The notes below the pieces were generated by a model. That model was not told where the DNA came from. It saw nothing but the letters and a program-made list of their open reading frames with translations, and ran no database searches. From Limnothrix sp. BL-A-16 (lineage in GTDB: Bacteria > Cyanobacteriota > Cyanobacteriia > CACIAM-69d): a DNA stretch of 64,000 bases. Positions 20,822-30,567 of the stretch are shown piece by piece (position 1 is the first letter of the stretch; the number at the start of each line of letters is the position of its first letter). The stretch covers positions 2,912,001 through 2,976,000 of the forward strand of contig CP166615.1 in NCBI GenBank assembly GCA_041937175.2, written 5' to 3'. Position numbers and translations under genes: made by a program.

Positions 20822-21418
20822 ATGCCGAATCCTGAGCCAGAAATATTGCGCTTACTGGATCTGTTGCCGGCTTCGGCACGGATGACAATCAAGATTGTGG
20901 GTCGTTCAGAGCAACCTCAAGTGTTGTCGAGTTCCTTGCCGTTGCCCTGGCAGCGCGATCGCCCAATCTATGTGAATTTTGAACTGTGGCGGCGAATTCC
21001 CCGGCCCCAGCGAGATTTGTTGATGTTGCGCCAATCCTGTTGGCTGATGGGGGTGCGCTGGGTTGAACCCAACTGGTATCAAGGGGCGACCTTGGTGGGC
21101 TTGGCCAGCGCCGCTTGGCAAATTAGCCAGGGAGATGCCTTGGGGGCGGTGGCTTCCGGTGGGCTGGCGGGCTTGGCTGGCTGGCAAATTTGGCGCAACA
21201 ACCAGCGAACCGAGCGGGAATTGGAAGTGGATCTCGATGCGATCGCAGTGGCGGTGCGTCGGGGCTACGAAGAGCCGGAAGCGGCCCGGCTGTTGCTCGA
21301 AGGCATCGAAGCGGTGGCCCAATTGGAGCGGCGACCGGGAATGGAATTTTTGGAATTGCTTCGCTGTCAACGCTTACGCGCGATCGCCGGTGTATCTCCC
21401 CTCCGGCATGAGTCATGA
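20822..21418 (+). CDS. DUF3318-family protein
   Basis: EILRLLDLLPASARM...PQRDLL...ELLRCQRLRAIAG. Confidence 0.78.
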   Translation: MPNPEPEILRLLDLLPASARMTIKIVGRSEQPQVLSSSLPLPWQRDRPIYVNFELWRRIPRPQRDLLMLRQSCWLMGVRWVEPNWYQGATLVGLASAAWQISQGDALGAVASGGLAGLAGWQIWRNNQRTERELEVDLDAIAVAVRRGYEEPEAARLLLEGIEAVAQLERRPGMEFLELLRCQRLRAIAGVSPLRHES

Positions 21419-22098
21419 TCCCTAGGCTATTGGTGCGACGGGTTGCCCTGATGCCAGTGGTGCTGGCGGTGGGCCTCGGTGGGGGCCTGGGGGCCTGTGG
21501 TCGATCGACCCCGAGCACTTCGGTTCCGGAAGCGACCCCCGGGCCCACGGCGGAGCTGACGGCCACGGAGACCGCCCGCCCCACCCCAACGGGCAAGGCG
21601 GGGTATCAGTACCAAGCGCCCAATCGCAGTTTTCAAATTTGGTTTCCGGCCATACCCGACAGCTCAACGGATCCCTGGGTTTCCGCACACTACGACGGCG
21701 GCACAAGGTTCTATTACGCCAGGGGTGATCAGGCGGGGCCAGCCATTGACTCAGCCAATTCCAGCTCGTTGCCACATTACCTTCAGCATGTGGCCACGGG
21801 GGTGGCGTTGCAGTTTGGGGCCGAACGGGTTCAGCGATCGGAATGGGTGCGATCGAGCCAATGGCCAACCCTCAAATTTTCCTTTCAAAATAAGCGCGGC
21901 ATTCAATACGAAGCCCGCGCCATTTTTCGCCCCACTTACAGCCAATTATTTGTGCTGGTTTTTGGCACAACGGCGGCGGAATCATCCATGGGCTGGCCAG
22001 AATCTCGGGCTTTTTTCCAATCCTTCCGCCCGATCGATCCCGCCCCCACTGAACCGCCTAATTCGCCCGATCGCCCTGATCCCACCCCTGTGGATTAA
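21415..22098 (+). CDS. Hypothetical lipoprotein
   Basis: Signal peptide with LGAC lipobox; ATGA overlap with the upstream gene. Confidence 0.65.
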   Translation: MIPRLLVRRVALMPVVLAVGLGGGLGACGRSTPSTSVPEATPGPTAELTATETARPTPTGKAGYQYQAPNRSFQIWFPAIPDSSTDPWVSAHYDGGTRFYYARGDQAGPAIDSANSSSLPHYLQHVATGVALQFGAERVQRSEWVRSSQWPTLKFSFQNKRGIQYEARAIFRPTYSQLFVLVFGTTAAESSMGWPESRAFFQSFRPIDPAPTEPPNSPDRPDPTPVD

Positions 22099-22137
22099 CT
22101 CCAAGGATTGCGGTCTCGTGAGTTAATCCTCAGAAAT

Positions 22138-22182
22138 TGATCCCAAATTCAGTGATCCCAAATTCAGTGATCCCAAATCCAG
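22138..22182. repeat. 15-bp tandem repeat x3
   Basis: TGATCCCAAATTCAG twice plus TGATCCCAAATCCAG. Confidence 0.85.
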
Positions 22183-22186
22183 CGAT

Positions 22187-22843
22187 CTAGGCAACCGGTT
22201 CCCGTTGGGCAATGACAGCATAGAACGGATCACCACCGCCTAGCCCCAACATTTTTAGGAAGGCGGGCCCGCTCGATCGCTCGATCATGTATTTCGGTTT
22301 GCCAAAGCCGGGCACATGGTTGAAATATTCACAAACCAGGGCCACTCGATCGGTTTCGGAGCGATCGCGCCAGGCCGCGATCGCCTTTTGATAAAACATC
22401 CGATTGGAAAAACTGACAATGGCAATGCCGCCGGGTTTCAGAATGCGATGAATTTCGCTAAAAATTGCTTCTGGATATTGCAAATATTGCACGGAAACCG
22501 TATTCAAAACCGCATCAAAATAAGCATCCTCAAAGGGAAGTTTTAAATCCACATTTAAGTTCTGGATGATGTAGCGATCGAGCCGGGGGTTTTTGGCCAA
22601 TTCCAAACCATTCATTCCATGGCCCACCACTTCCGCAAAGGTTAAATTTTCCGGTAAATGGGAAACCCAACTGCTCATCAAATCCAGAATCTTGGTGTTG
22701 GGTTGCAGTTTTTGGGCATAGAGCTGAGTCAGCCGATCAATAAACCCCTCATCCACATGGGTTACCAACCGTGGGTCTTGGTAAAAAAAGTTGTCGTTAC
22801 TGTCATCAAGTTTGGTGCGATCGTCGGGACGGAGCAGCATCAT
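22187..22843 (-). CDS. Class I SAM-dependent methyltransferase-like protein
   Basis: PRLVTHVD, ILDLMSSWVSHLP and FSNRMF motifs. Confidence 0.85.
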   Translation of the reverse strand: MMLLRPDDRTKLDDSNDNFFYQDPRLVTHVDEGFIDRLTQLYAQKLQPNTKILDLMSSWVSHLPENLTFAEVVGHGMNGLELAKNPRLDRYIIQNLNVDLKLPFEDAYFDAVLNTVSVQYLQYPEAIFSEIHRILKPGGIAIVSFSNRMFYQKAIAAWRDRSETDRVALVCEYFNHVPGFGKPKYMIERSSGPAFLKMLGLGGGDPFYAVIAQREPVA

Positions 22844-22948
22844 GATCGGGCAGAAAAGCGATAGAAATGGGCAATCAATACTAGGGTACAGAAAATTGCT
22901 GGTTGAGCCGGGGAATCACCGCGCTAGGATGAGGCGGACGGCGGCGAG

Positions 22949-25171
22949 TTGAAAGCTATGGCACTTTCGCGACGAGACTTTTTGGGGCGATCGGGAGCGG
23001 CGCTGGCCGGATGGGGGCTGGCAGAGGCGATCGCAGCCCAACGGGTGGCGCAAGTGTTGGCGGAACCAACCGGCCGGCGCAAGGCCCTGTTAATTGGCAT
23101 TAATCAATACGAACCGGCGGCGATCGCCCCCAACGCGGCCTCGGTGGCCTTGGAAGGTTGCCTAAATGACGTGGCCCTCTGGCAAGAACTCCTAACTTCG
23201 CGGTTGGGCTTTCGGGCAGCAGATGTGGTGACCCTGACCGATCGGGCGGCGGAGCGGGCCCAATGGCAAGCGGCATTGGAGGACTGCGCGGTGGGACTCC
23301 GGGCCGGTGATGCGGTGGTCTGGCAATTCAGCGGCTATGGGGGCCTTTTAGCCGATGGAACGGGCCTGTTGGTTCCGGCGGATGGTCGCTTGCCCACCCT
23401 GACCCGTGAGGCGGTGGCTTCTGTGGAGGTGACCGGCCCCCTGCGCGATTGGAGCGAAATTACGATTCAAGACTGGCTGCGATCGCTGCCCACGGAACGG
23501 GTGCTGGGCGTTGTGGATGCAGGATTTGCCCCTGCTCCGGCCCCAACCTGGGTTCGCCATCGATCGCGCCCGGTGCTCACCCCTGGTGCTCTGGATCCAG
23601 AAGAACTGGCTTGGCAGCAACAGTTACGCCGCGCCCGATCGGGGCGATCGAGCGCCGCCAGTGGGTGGTGGTTGCGAGCCAGCCAGCCCGATCGCCCCGC
23701 CCTGGAATTGCCCCAATCGGGTTTTGTGGCCGGGGCCTTCACCTGGGCCTTGGTGCAACAACTTTGGAACAGTCTCCCCGCCAGTACCCTATGGTTTGAC
23801 CTGGCCCAAACCGCCGCCCGGGTCGCGGATCAAGGGGGCCAACAACAGCCGATCGCCCAACGGCTGGGGGCCGCCGCGATTCGGGAGAATATTGGCGAAA
23901 ACATTGGCGAAAACATTGGCGAAAACTTGGGGCAATGGTTGGCCACGGCAGCGGGGCCCAGCGCGGGCATAGTCTTGGCCACGGATTCGGTGAATCGCAC
24001 GGTGACGGTGAGCTTGGCCGGTTTGGCTCCTGTGGCCCTGGCGGGAGCCGCCCAGGGCCTGATCCTCGAACCCGCAGCCCCGGCCCCATCGGATGCCACT
24101 GCCTCGGTTGGGGGGCTGCGCATCACCGGCCGCAATGGTTGGCGGGCGATCGGGCAACCCGTGACCGAAGACAGTCGCGATCGGCCGGTTGAGGCCTTCA
24201 CCTGGCAACCGGGGCAACGCTTGCGGGAACGGTGGCGCATTTTGACCCGCAACCTGGAGCTACAGGTGGCTCTGGATCCAAACTTTGAGCGCATTGAGCG
24301 GATTGATGCCACCAGCGCCTTTGATGCCTTGTCCCATGTGACGGTGGTGAATCCCGAAAACCGGGCGATCGATGCTTGGTTTGCCCGGGCTGCCCGCCCC
24401 ACCGCCAATCCTGACCCCAACGGAGACGAAGCCAAAACCGCCTATGGCCTTTGGCGACCGGGCCAAACCCTCTGGCCCAACACGGTGGGCGAAAGTGGCG
24501 AAGCGCTCAAAACCGCCGTGCAGCGCTTAGGGCCACAATTACATAGCCTGTTGGCTCGCAAGCTTTGGCGGGCCACACTAAATCAGGGAGCCGAATGGCC
24601 CGTGCGCATCACCCTGGCGGCCCTGGAAACGCCCGATCGCCCCCTTCTGCAATGGAGCACTCTGCCCAATGCTGGCGGTGCGATCGGCCCCAACGGTTCG
24701 ATCGCGCCGGCCACCTTCACCAGCAGCAGCCGGCCCCAACTCACTCTGGAAAATGCCGGAACCGTTCCCCTGTGGGCCTTGGTATTGCAACTGGATTCCC
24801 TGGGACGAACCACCCTAGTGCAAAACCTGGGGCAAGACACGGAGCCAGGCCAAACCCTGTTGGCCCCCAACAGTCGCCAAACCCTCAGTTGGCCCGCTGC
24901 CCCCAGTCGGGGCTTAGGGTCTCTGTTGGTGTGGCTCAGTCGAGATCCCCTGGAGCGGGTGCAGGCCAGCTTGCCCAGCCTGCAAACCGGCGAGGGCGAT
25001 CGCCTGTGGCCCCTGGCCCAACCACTGGCCCTGGCCCGCCAACTGCTGGAAGACCTCCAGCAAATCAGCGTGAATCATGCTGCGCCCCCCGGCCGATCGC
25101 CCAGCCCCGATAGCTATACCCTCGACTGTCGGCAATGGATGGCCTGGGAGTTGCCCTTTCGGTTAATTTAG
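22949..25171 (+). CDS. Caspase-family (C14) pseudo-orthocaspase with Tat-like leader and C-terminal DUF4384-like region
   Basis: SRRDFL; KALLIGINQY, LEGCLNDV; catalytic dyad replaced (FSGYG, VDAG). Confidence 0.82.
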   Translation: MKAMALSRRDFLGRSGAALAGWGLAEAIAAQRVAQVLAEPTGRRKALLIGINQYEPAAIAPNAASVALEGCLNDVALWQELLTSRLGFRAADVVTLTDRAAERAQWQAALEDCAVGLRAGDAVVWQFSGYGGLLADGTGLLVPADGRLPTLTREAVASVEVTGPLRDWSEITIQDWLRSLPTERVLGVVDAGFAPAPAPTWVRHRSRPVLTPGALDPEELAWQQQLRRARSGRSSAASGWWLRASQPDRPALELPQSGFVAGAFTWALVQQLWNSLPASTLWFDLAQTAARVADQGGQQQPIAQRLGAAAIRENIGENIGENIGENLGQWLATAAGPSAGIVLATDSVNRTVTVSLAGLAPVALAGAAQGLILEPAAPAPSDATASVGGLRITGRNGWRAIGQPVTEDSRDRPVEAFTWQPGQRLRERWRILTRNLELQVALDPNFERIERIDATSAFDALSHVTVVNPENRAIDAWFARAARPTANPDPNGDEAKTAYGLWRPGQTLWPNTVGESGEALKTAVQRLGPQLHSLLARKLWRATLNQGAEWPVRITLAALETPDRPLLQWSTLPNAGGAIGPNGSIAPATFTSSSRPQLTLENAGTVPLWALVLQLDSLGRTTLVQNLGQDTEPGQTLLAPNSRQTLSWPAAPSRGLGSLLVWLSRDPLERVQASLPSLQTGEGDRLWPLAQPLALARQLLEDLQQISVNHAAPPGRSPSPDSYTLDCRQWMAWELPFRLI

Positions 25172-26008
25172 GAACTCCACCACAATTCGATCGCCCCGAT
25201 TCAAATTCAACCGTTGGGCCGCATTCCCCCCCGCACAGGCCACCTCCACCCAATCGTGGCTACCCACAAGCGCCACAAAATCATGGAGCGATCGGCTGCT
25301 GTAGGTGAGCTGCGAGGGAATTAGTTGCTCGCCAATGCATACCCGCCAAGGGCGATCGCTCACCCGTTGGGCCGGAATGGTGGAAATTAGATTGCCAAAG
25401 TGATCCACATGCTGCACCACCCCCTCCAAACTGGCCGGATTGGCCCCGGCCGCCGGATGGGACACCAAATCCGGCAGCGGCAAATGCACCAAACTGGCCG
25501 GGTCGATCGGGTTGCCCAAATCCGCCAACGGAACCCCATTGGCCAAGTGGGCCGCCACCGCCGCAAAAATATCGCGGCCATGGAACGTGTGGCTCGGGTT
25601 CGGCAATCGCCAAAAGTTGCGCTGGGTCAGCACCACGGCCGACTCCGCCGGAAATTGCGCCAACAGGCCACTCCAAAGGCCGTTGTCTGGGCCCACCAAC
25701 CAGCCCCGATCGAAGGCGATCGCGATCGGTCGCCGTTCACCCCCCACGCCCGGATCCACCACCGCCAAGAACACCGTCCCCAACGGAAACGCCGCCGCCG
25801 AGTTGGCCAACACAAACCGCGCCGCCCACAAATCCTGAGGGGGAATTTCATGGGTCAGATCAATGGTAGGAATGGCGGGATTGACCTGGGCAATCACCCC
25901 CTTCAGCACCCCCGCATAGCCATCGGCCGTGCCAAAGTCCGTCAACAGGGCGATCGGCCGAGGCGGCGCTAACCAAGCGGTGAGGGGAGCTGTTGGGAAA
26001 AAATCCAT
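25163..26008 (-). CDS. SAM hydrolase/halogenase family (DUF62)
   Basis: LLTDFG, VVDPGVG, GPDNG, TFHGRDIF and DHFGN motifs. Confidence 0.92.
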   Translation of the reverse strand: MDFFPTAPLTAWLAPPRPIALLTDFGTADGYAGVLKGVIAQVNPAIPTIDLTHEIPPQDLWAARFVLANSAAAFPLGTVFLAVVDPGVGGERRPIAIAFDRGWLVGPDNGLWSGLLAQFPAESAVVLTQRNFWRLPNPSHTFHGRDIFAAVAAHLANGVPLADLGNPIDPASLVHLPLPDLVSHPAAGANPASLEGVVQHVDHFGNLISTIPAQRVSDRPWRVCIGEQLIPSQLTYSSRSLHDFVALVGSHDWVEVACAGGNAAQRLNLNRGDRIVVEFLN

Positions 26009-26088
26009 GGGTTACTGGAATATGGGGCCTTTGAACACCATTTGAACATCAGTTACTTGAATCGATTCTGAAAAAAGATAAATTTTCT

Positions 26089-26102
26089 GTAATAGCTGAT
26101 AC
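26089..26102. promoter_or_regulatory. NtcA box upstream of pirA
   Basis: GTAATAGCTGATAC (GTA-N8-TAC). Confidence 0.75.
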
Positions 26103-26302
26103 TTTCTGAATCAAAATTACGCTATCTTAGCGATAGAAGGCCCTCTCAGGAGTGGCTAGTGTCGCCAGCCGAAGCTTCATGATTCACTTCTGCAAGCTGA
26201 ATCATCGCAGTATTCGCGCCTTCTGTCGTCTGGTTGGTCACTTCAACGATCGTCCCAGGCACTCTCAACCCCTATCCACCTTTCGTCGATCGTTTCCTAG
26301 CC

Positions 26303-26464
26303 ATGTTTGGAATCCGCCGCAATCGCCCCAACCCCGCCCAAGTTGCGCAAGTTCACCGCGAAAATCTGCGCAAGCTGCTGGAACACCGCATTGAAGTGGC
26401 TCGCGCTAAGGGTGACAACGATTTGGTTCGTAGCCTCGAAGCCGAAGCTGAGTACCTGAAATAA
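26303..26464 (+). CDS. pirA: PII-interacting regulator of arginine synthesis (Ssr0692-like)
   Basis: 53 aa, HRENLRKLLEHRIEVARAKGDNDLVRSLEAE; NtcA box upstream. Confidence 0.85.
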   Translation: MFGIRRNRPNPAQVAQVHRENLRKLLEHRIEVARAKGDNDLVRSLEAEAEYLK

Positions 26465-26776
26465 CTGTCAATCCGTCAATTAAGAGCTGATTCAATTTGT
26501 TCAGAATCGCTTGCCGATCGGCGCTTGGGTTCTGCGTTGTCGCAAGTTCCCGCCCGTCTGATCTGCCAAGGAAAAGTCGTCACATCAAAGCTGCCTGGGT
26601 CGAAACACCTGGGCAGCTTTGTATTGGGGCTGCTTTCCGCAGTTCTCCCCGCAGCCCAAAGATCCGCGATCGGATGCGTCCCAACCGGGTTTCGATCGAT
26701 CAGTTTCGATCGAGATTGCGATCCGCCTTGGGTCTGCCACGAACCGGCGACCCAGGCGGCCGTGCGGATGGTTGCT

Positions 26777-27637
26777 TTAGGCGGATTCCGTCAGCGCCCC
26801 ATAGAACTCGGGCCGGCGATCGCGGAAGAAACCAAAGCTGGCGCGATCGAGCGCTGTCTGGGTCAAATCCAACGTTGCCATCAAAATCTCGGGTTGATCG
26901 ATCGCCCCTTGGGTCAGTAGCTCGCCCCGGTGATCGCAAATAAAACTCGTGCCATAGAATTTTTGCCCATCCTCATTGCCGATCCGGTTGGCCGCCACCA
27001 CGGGCACAACGTTACAGACCGCATGGCCCAACATGGCCCGCATCCACATCGGCCGCGTATCCAGGTTTGGCTCCTGGGGTTCCGAGCCGATCGCCGTGGG
27101 ATAGAGCAGCACCTCCGCCCCCATCAACACCATCGATCGGGCGCATTCCGGGAACCATTGATCCCAGCAAATGCCCACCCCCAGGCAGCCAAACCGGGTT
27201 TGCCACACCTTAAAACCCGTGTTGCCCGCTCGGAAATAGAACTTTTCTTCGTAACCGGGGCCGTCGGGAATGTGGCTCTTGCGGTAGAGACCGAGGATCG
27301 AACCATCCGCATCGATCGTCACCAAGCTGTTGTAGTAGTGCTGGCCGTCCCGCTCAAAAATTGAGGTGGGAATCACCGTGCCCGTTTCCCGCGCCACCTG
27401 TTGCATAGCCACCACCGCCGGATGTTCCGTGGCGGGGTAAGCCGAGGCGAAAAATTCCGCCCGTTCTTCTTTGCAAAAATAGGGCCCTTGAAATAATTCT
27501 GGCGGCAAAATCACTTGCGCCCCTTGGCTGGCGGCTTGGCGAGCAGCGGCCACAACACGATCGATATTGTCCTGCAAATTCCAGGTTTCAAAGGCATCTT
27601 GCAAGGCAGCAACGGTGACGGTGCGATGGTTTGTCAT
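26777..27637 (-). CDS. aguB: N-carbamoylputrescine amidase
   Basis: Nitrilase triad: PELF, YRKSHIPDGPGYEEKFYF, ICWDQWFPE. Confidence 0.93.
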   Translation of the reverse strand: MTNHRTVTVAALQDAFETWNLQDNIDRVVAAARQAASQGAQVILPPELFQGPYFCKEERAEFFASAYPATEHPAVVAMQQVARETGTVIPTSIFERDGQHYYNSLVTIDADGSILGLYRKSHIPDGPGYEEKFYFRAGNTGFKVWQTRFGCLGVGICWDQWFPECARSMVLMGAEVLLYPTAIGSEPQEPNLDTRPMWMRAMLGHAVCNVVPVVAANRIGNEDGQKFYGTSFICDHRGELLTQGAIDQPEILMATLDLTQTALDRASFGFFRDRRPEFYGALTESA

Positions 27638-27724
27638 GGGTTGAAAGGAGATAGAGCTTTGACGGTTGAAGTGGGTAGAGTAACGAGCCTAAAGACCTAT
27701 ATAAATAAATTGTTTGTGGTTGGC

Positions 27725-28081
27725 TTATGAATCGTTACTTCTCTCGGAGAGAATCGCAGATTCAAGTTTAGGCAGTAAACTCGGTAGTTCTTGAGTAACC
27801 ACTTGCCAAACAAGTTCCAGATCAATTTCAAAATAAGCGTGAACCAAGCGATTTCTCATACCAATTATGGCTCGCCAAGGGATTTCAGGATAACGACTTT
27901 GGCAGTCTGGAGAGATGCGATTAGCTGCTTCTCCGATAATTTCAATTTCCTTGACTAAGGCAACAACCAATAGGCGATTACTCTCGAAATCCAGTTGCTG
28001 AACTCCTTGAATAAAGGTGATGGCTTCTTGCGCAGCATCTCTCATGTGCTGGAGCCTTGTGTAATCATCAATAATACTCAT
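27725..28081 (-). CDS. HEPN/DUF86 (HepT-like) ribonuclease toxin
   Basis: EIIGEA and RNRLVHAY (R-x4-H-x-Y) motifs. Confidence 0.88.
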   Translation of the reverse strand: MSIIDDYTRLQHMRDAAQEAITFIQGVQQLDFESNRLLVVALVKEIEIIGEAANRISPDCQSRYPEIPWRAIIGMRNRLVHAYFEIDLELVWQVVTQELPSLLPKLESAILSERSNDS

Positions 28082-28106
28082 GAATATTTTTAGCCTAGAG
28101 CTAAGT

Positions 28107-28442
28107 TCAAGCTTGTTTGTAGAGGATATAGGCTTCGGATAAAACGCGATCGCGGAAATATCGGCTGAGTTCTGCGGGTGTTCGCAAATCAACAACTTTT
28201 CCAAAGAGCTGAGTGAGTTCATCCTGCATCGTCACAATCTGGAATCCTGGCGTTTTACCCGGTAAAAACTGCACCAAAATATCCACATCGCTATCATCTC
28301 GGAAATCTTCGCGCAAAACAGAACCAAAGAGCGCCAACACTTGAACATGGTGACGCTGGCAAAAGTCCTGAATGGCCAGTTCAGGGATTGTGATTGGGAG
28401 AGATTTAGGAGCTACTTGGTGGGTAATTGGGCGATCGAGCAT
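28107..28442 (-). CDS. Minimal nucleotidyltransferase (MntA-like) antitoxin
   Basis: FGSVLREDFRDDSDVD (GS-x10-DxD) and VDL motifs. Confidence 0.9.
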   Translation of the reverse strand: MLDRPITHQVAPKSLPITIPELAIQDFCQRHHVQVLALFGSVLREDFRDDSDVDILVQFLPGKTPGFQIVTMQDELTQLFGKVVDLRTPAELSRYFRDRVLSEAYILYKQA

Positions 28443-28456
28443 AGAACCATTCCAAA

Positions 28457-29080
28457 TTATGCGCTAGGAGTAGACTCCTGAAGTTGGGTGGCGATGATGT
28501 GATGCAAACAGCCCAAGACTAGGTTCAAGGGATTGAGGTAATACCGATCGCGATCGACCGTTAATTGCTGTTGGTGGAGTCGCAAAAACTGCCAAACTTC
28601 CCCCGTAGTAACACAGCCAAAAATTTGCGGTAGTGATTCTCCCTGCGATCGATTAAACACTTCAGCCCCCACCATTTGGGCGGCGCATTGACCAATCCCC
28701 GCTTCCACATCATCTCGCTTGGCTTCCACTAAACAAAAAATCGGCGATCGCACCAGCAGCGCTGTTTTACCTTTGCCCAAAATAAAATCACATTCACCGG
28801 TTAGCCCCCGATCGCGATCGACCTCAAAATTTCGCCCTGAATAAATTGCTAATTGATCGCCATATTGCCGTTCTAATTCCAACAATAAGGGCGCAATTAA
28901 AAACTCCGATCGCGCCTTTTCACTTCCCCCAGGTAATGCGAGCGATCGCCCCAAATTTAGGGTTTCCAACAACCAAGTACTCGGCTCGATCGGTTGCAAG
29001 GTTGGGAACAGGGAATCATAGCGATCGACTAACTCAAAGGAGTCCAAAACAGCCGCTAACGAAAAGTCACCATAGGCCAT
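28457..29080 (-). CDS. Conserved cyanobacterial PD-(D/E)XK-like protein
   Basis: SEKARSE, CDF...VEAK, GQCAAQM and GCVTTGEVWQF motifs. Confidence 0.72.
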   Translation of the reverse strand: MAYGDFSLAAVLDSFELVDRYDSLFPTLQPIEPSTWLLETLNLGRSLALPGGSEKARSEFLIAPLLLELERQYGDQLAIYSGRNFEVDRDRGLTGECDFILGKGKTALLVRSPIFCLVEAKRDDVEAGIGQCAAQMVGAEVFNRSQGESLPQIFGCVTTGEVWQFLRLHQQQLTVDRDRYYLNPLNLVLGCLHHIIATQLQESTPSA

Positions 29081-29095
29081 AAACCTTGCTCCTAA

Positions 29096-29260
29096 GAGGA
29101 TGCTTAAAAGGCTAAAATCGATACGTCACTTGCCTGGATGATCGACAAAGACAAGGGGCTGATCGACAAAGACAAGGGGCTGATCGATAAAGACAAGGGG
29201 CTGATCGATAAAGACAAGGGGCTGATCGATAAAGACAAGGGGCTTAAGCCCCTTGCCCCC
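29096..29260. mobile_element. Truncated MITE (left end plus core) with internal 21-bp amplification
   Basis: TAA-GAGGATG left end, then 5 x GATCGAYAAAGACAAGGGGCT (29140-29244) running into the 20-bp palindrome; no right TIR. Confidence 0.75.
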
Positions 29261-29281
29261 AAGACTAGCTGCCCTCGATCG

Positions 29282-30322
29282 CTAGCGGGGTTGCTGTTGG
29301 GAAATGCAGTGAAACGAGCCGCCCCCTTGCAGGATATTTTTGGCGGGTAAACCAATTACTTCCCGATCGCCCCACAGTTCGCGCAAATCCTGGGCGATCG
29401 CCTGCAAAGCTGCCACCGCTGCCCCATCAAAGGGCGAGCCGTATTGGGGCACAATCACCCGCGTATTGCTGATATAGAAATTGACATAGCTGGCGGCCAT
29501 CAGCTCGCCGTCCTCGTCTTCCACGCGACCCGGCGACGGAATCGTTAGCACCTCGATCGCCCGGCCCTTGGCATCCCGCGCGGCTTGCAACGTGGCGATC
29601 GCCTCTAGGAGCGCTTCCCGGTTCGGATCATCGGGGCCGCTGGGTTCCATGCACACCACCGTTCCCGGAGCCACAAACCTCGCCAAATTGTCCACATGGC
29701 CATCGGTGTGGTCGTTTTGCAGCCCGTCGCCCAGCCAGATGATCTGCGCAATGCCCAGGTTAGATTTCAACTTGGCTTCGATGTCCGCCTGCGATAACTC
29801 AGGGTTGCGGTTGGGGTTCAGCAAACATTGGCGGGTGGTCAGCAGCGTGCCTTCGCCATCATGATCGATCGCCCCACCTTCGAGTGTCCAAGGGTGCGGC
29901 AAAAAGTCCACCCCCGATTGCAGGGCGATCCGTTCCGCCACCGAGTCGTCATGGTCGAGCACGTACTTGCCGCCCCAACCGTTGAACCGAAACCCGATCG
30001 CCACCGGTTCCCCCAAGCTGTCGCGCAAAAACAGCGGCCCCGTATCTCGCAACCAAATATCCCCAAAGGGTTCATCGTAAATCGTGGCTCCCAAGGGTTC
30101 CAAAGCCGCTTGGGCTTCCGCAACTTGAGTGGAACCGCAGGCGAGCACGTGCAGCGCCTCCCCCCGTGGCTGGCCGGTGGCGGGGTCGCAATCGGCGATC
30201 GCCCGGGCCAGACCCAACACCTCCGACTGCACATCGCGATAGGCATCCAGCCACAAATCGGGATGGCTGGGCCAAGCCAACCAAACCGCCGCATGTTCGT
30301 GCCATTCAGGAGGGAAATACAT
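29282..30322 (-). CDS. aguA: Agmatine deiminase
   Basis: PPEW, WLRDTGP, LEGG, DHTDGHVD and GGGSFHCISQQ motifs. Confidence 0.93.
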   Translation of the reverse strand: MYFPPEWHEHAAVWLAWPSHPDLWLDAYRDVQSEVLGLARAIADCDPATGQPRGEALHVLACGSTQVAEAQAALEPLGATIYDEPFGDIWLRDTGPLFLRDSLGEPVAIGFRFNGWGGKYVLDHDDSVAERIALQSGVDFLPHPWTLEGGAIDHDGEGTLLTTRQCLLNPNRNPELSQADIEAKLKSNLGIAQIIWLGDGLQNDHTDGHVDNLARFVAPGTVVCMEPSGPDDPNREALLEAIATLQAARDAKGRAIEVLTIPSPGRVEDEDGELMAASYVNFYISNTRVIVPQYGSPFDGAAVAALQAIAQDLRELWGDREVIGLPAKNILQGGGSFHCISQQQPR

Positions 30323-30567
30323 GGAAAATGCCGAAAATTGCAGAAATTATCGTAGGAACGAGGGCGGTCAATTGGGAAATGAATGCTGCACTTACCCTAG
30401 CCGATCGAGGTGAACAGCCGGTTAAGCTCGACAGAATTCAAACTGCATCCAAACCCAATTCAGCCAAAAATCAAGCGCGATCGCCCTAAGGCCACCGCGC
30501 CGATCGAAAATGCAATTCAACAGGGATTGATCGACAGCTTTGCAGCCCGATCGCCCCCCATTGCTCG

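Noticed and set aside
26497..26943. ORFs between pirA and aguB
   Set aside because: They overlap aguB on the opposite strand and have non-protein-like composition
29140..29244. CRISPR-like array, or an IDKDKGL-repeat ORF (29138..29350)
   Set aside because: Units are contiguous with no spacers, no cas genes are present, and the sequence derives from the MITE; the ORFs are by-products of a 21-bp period
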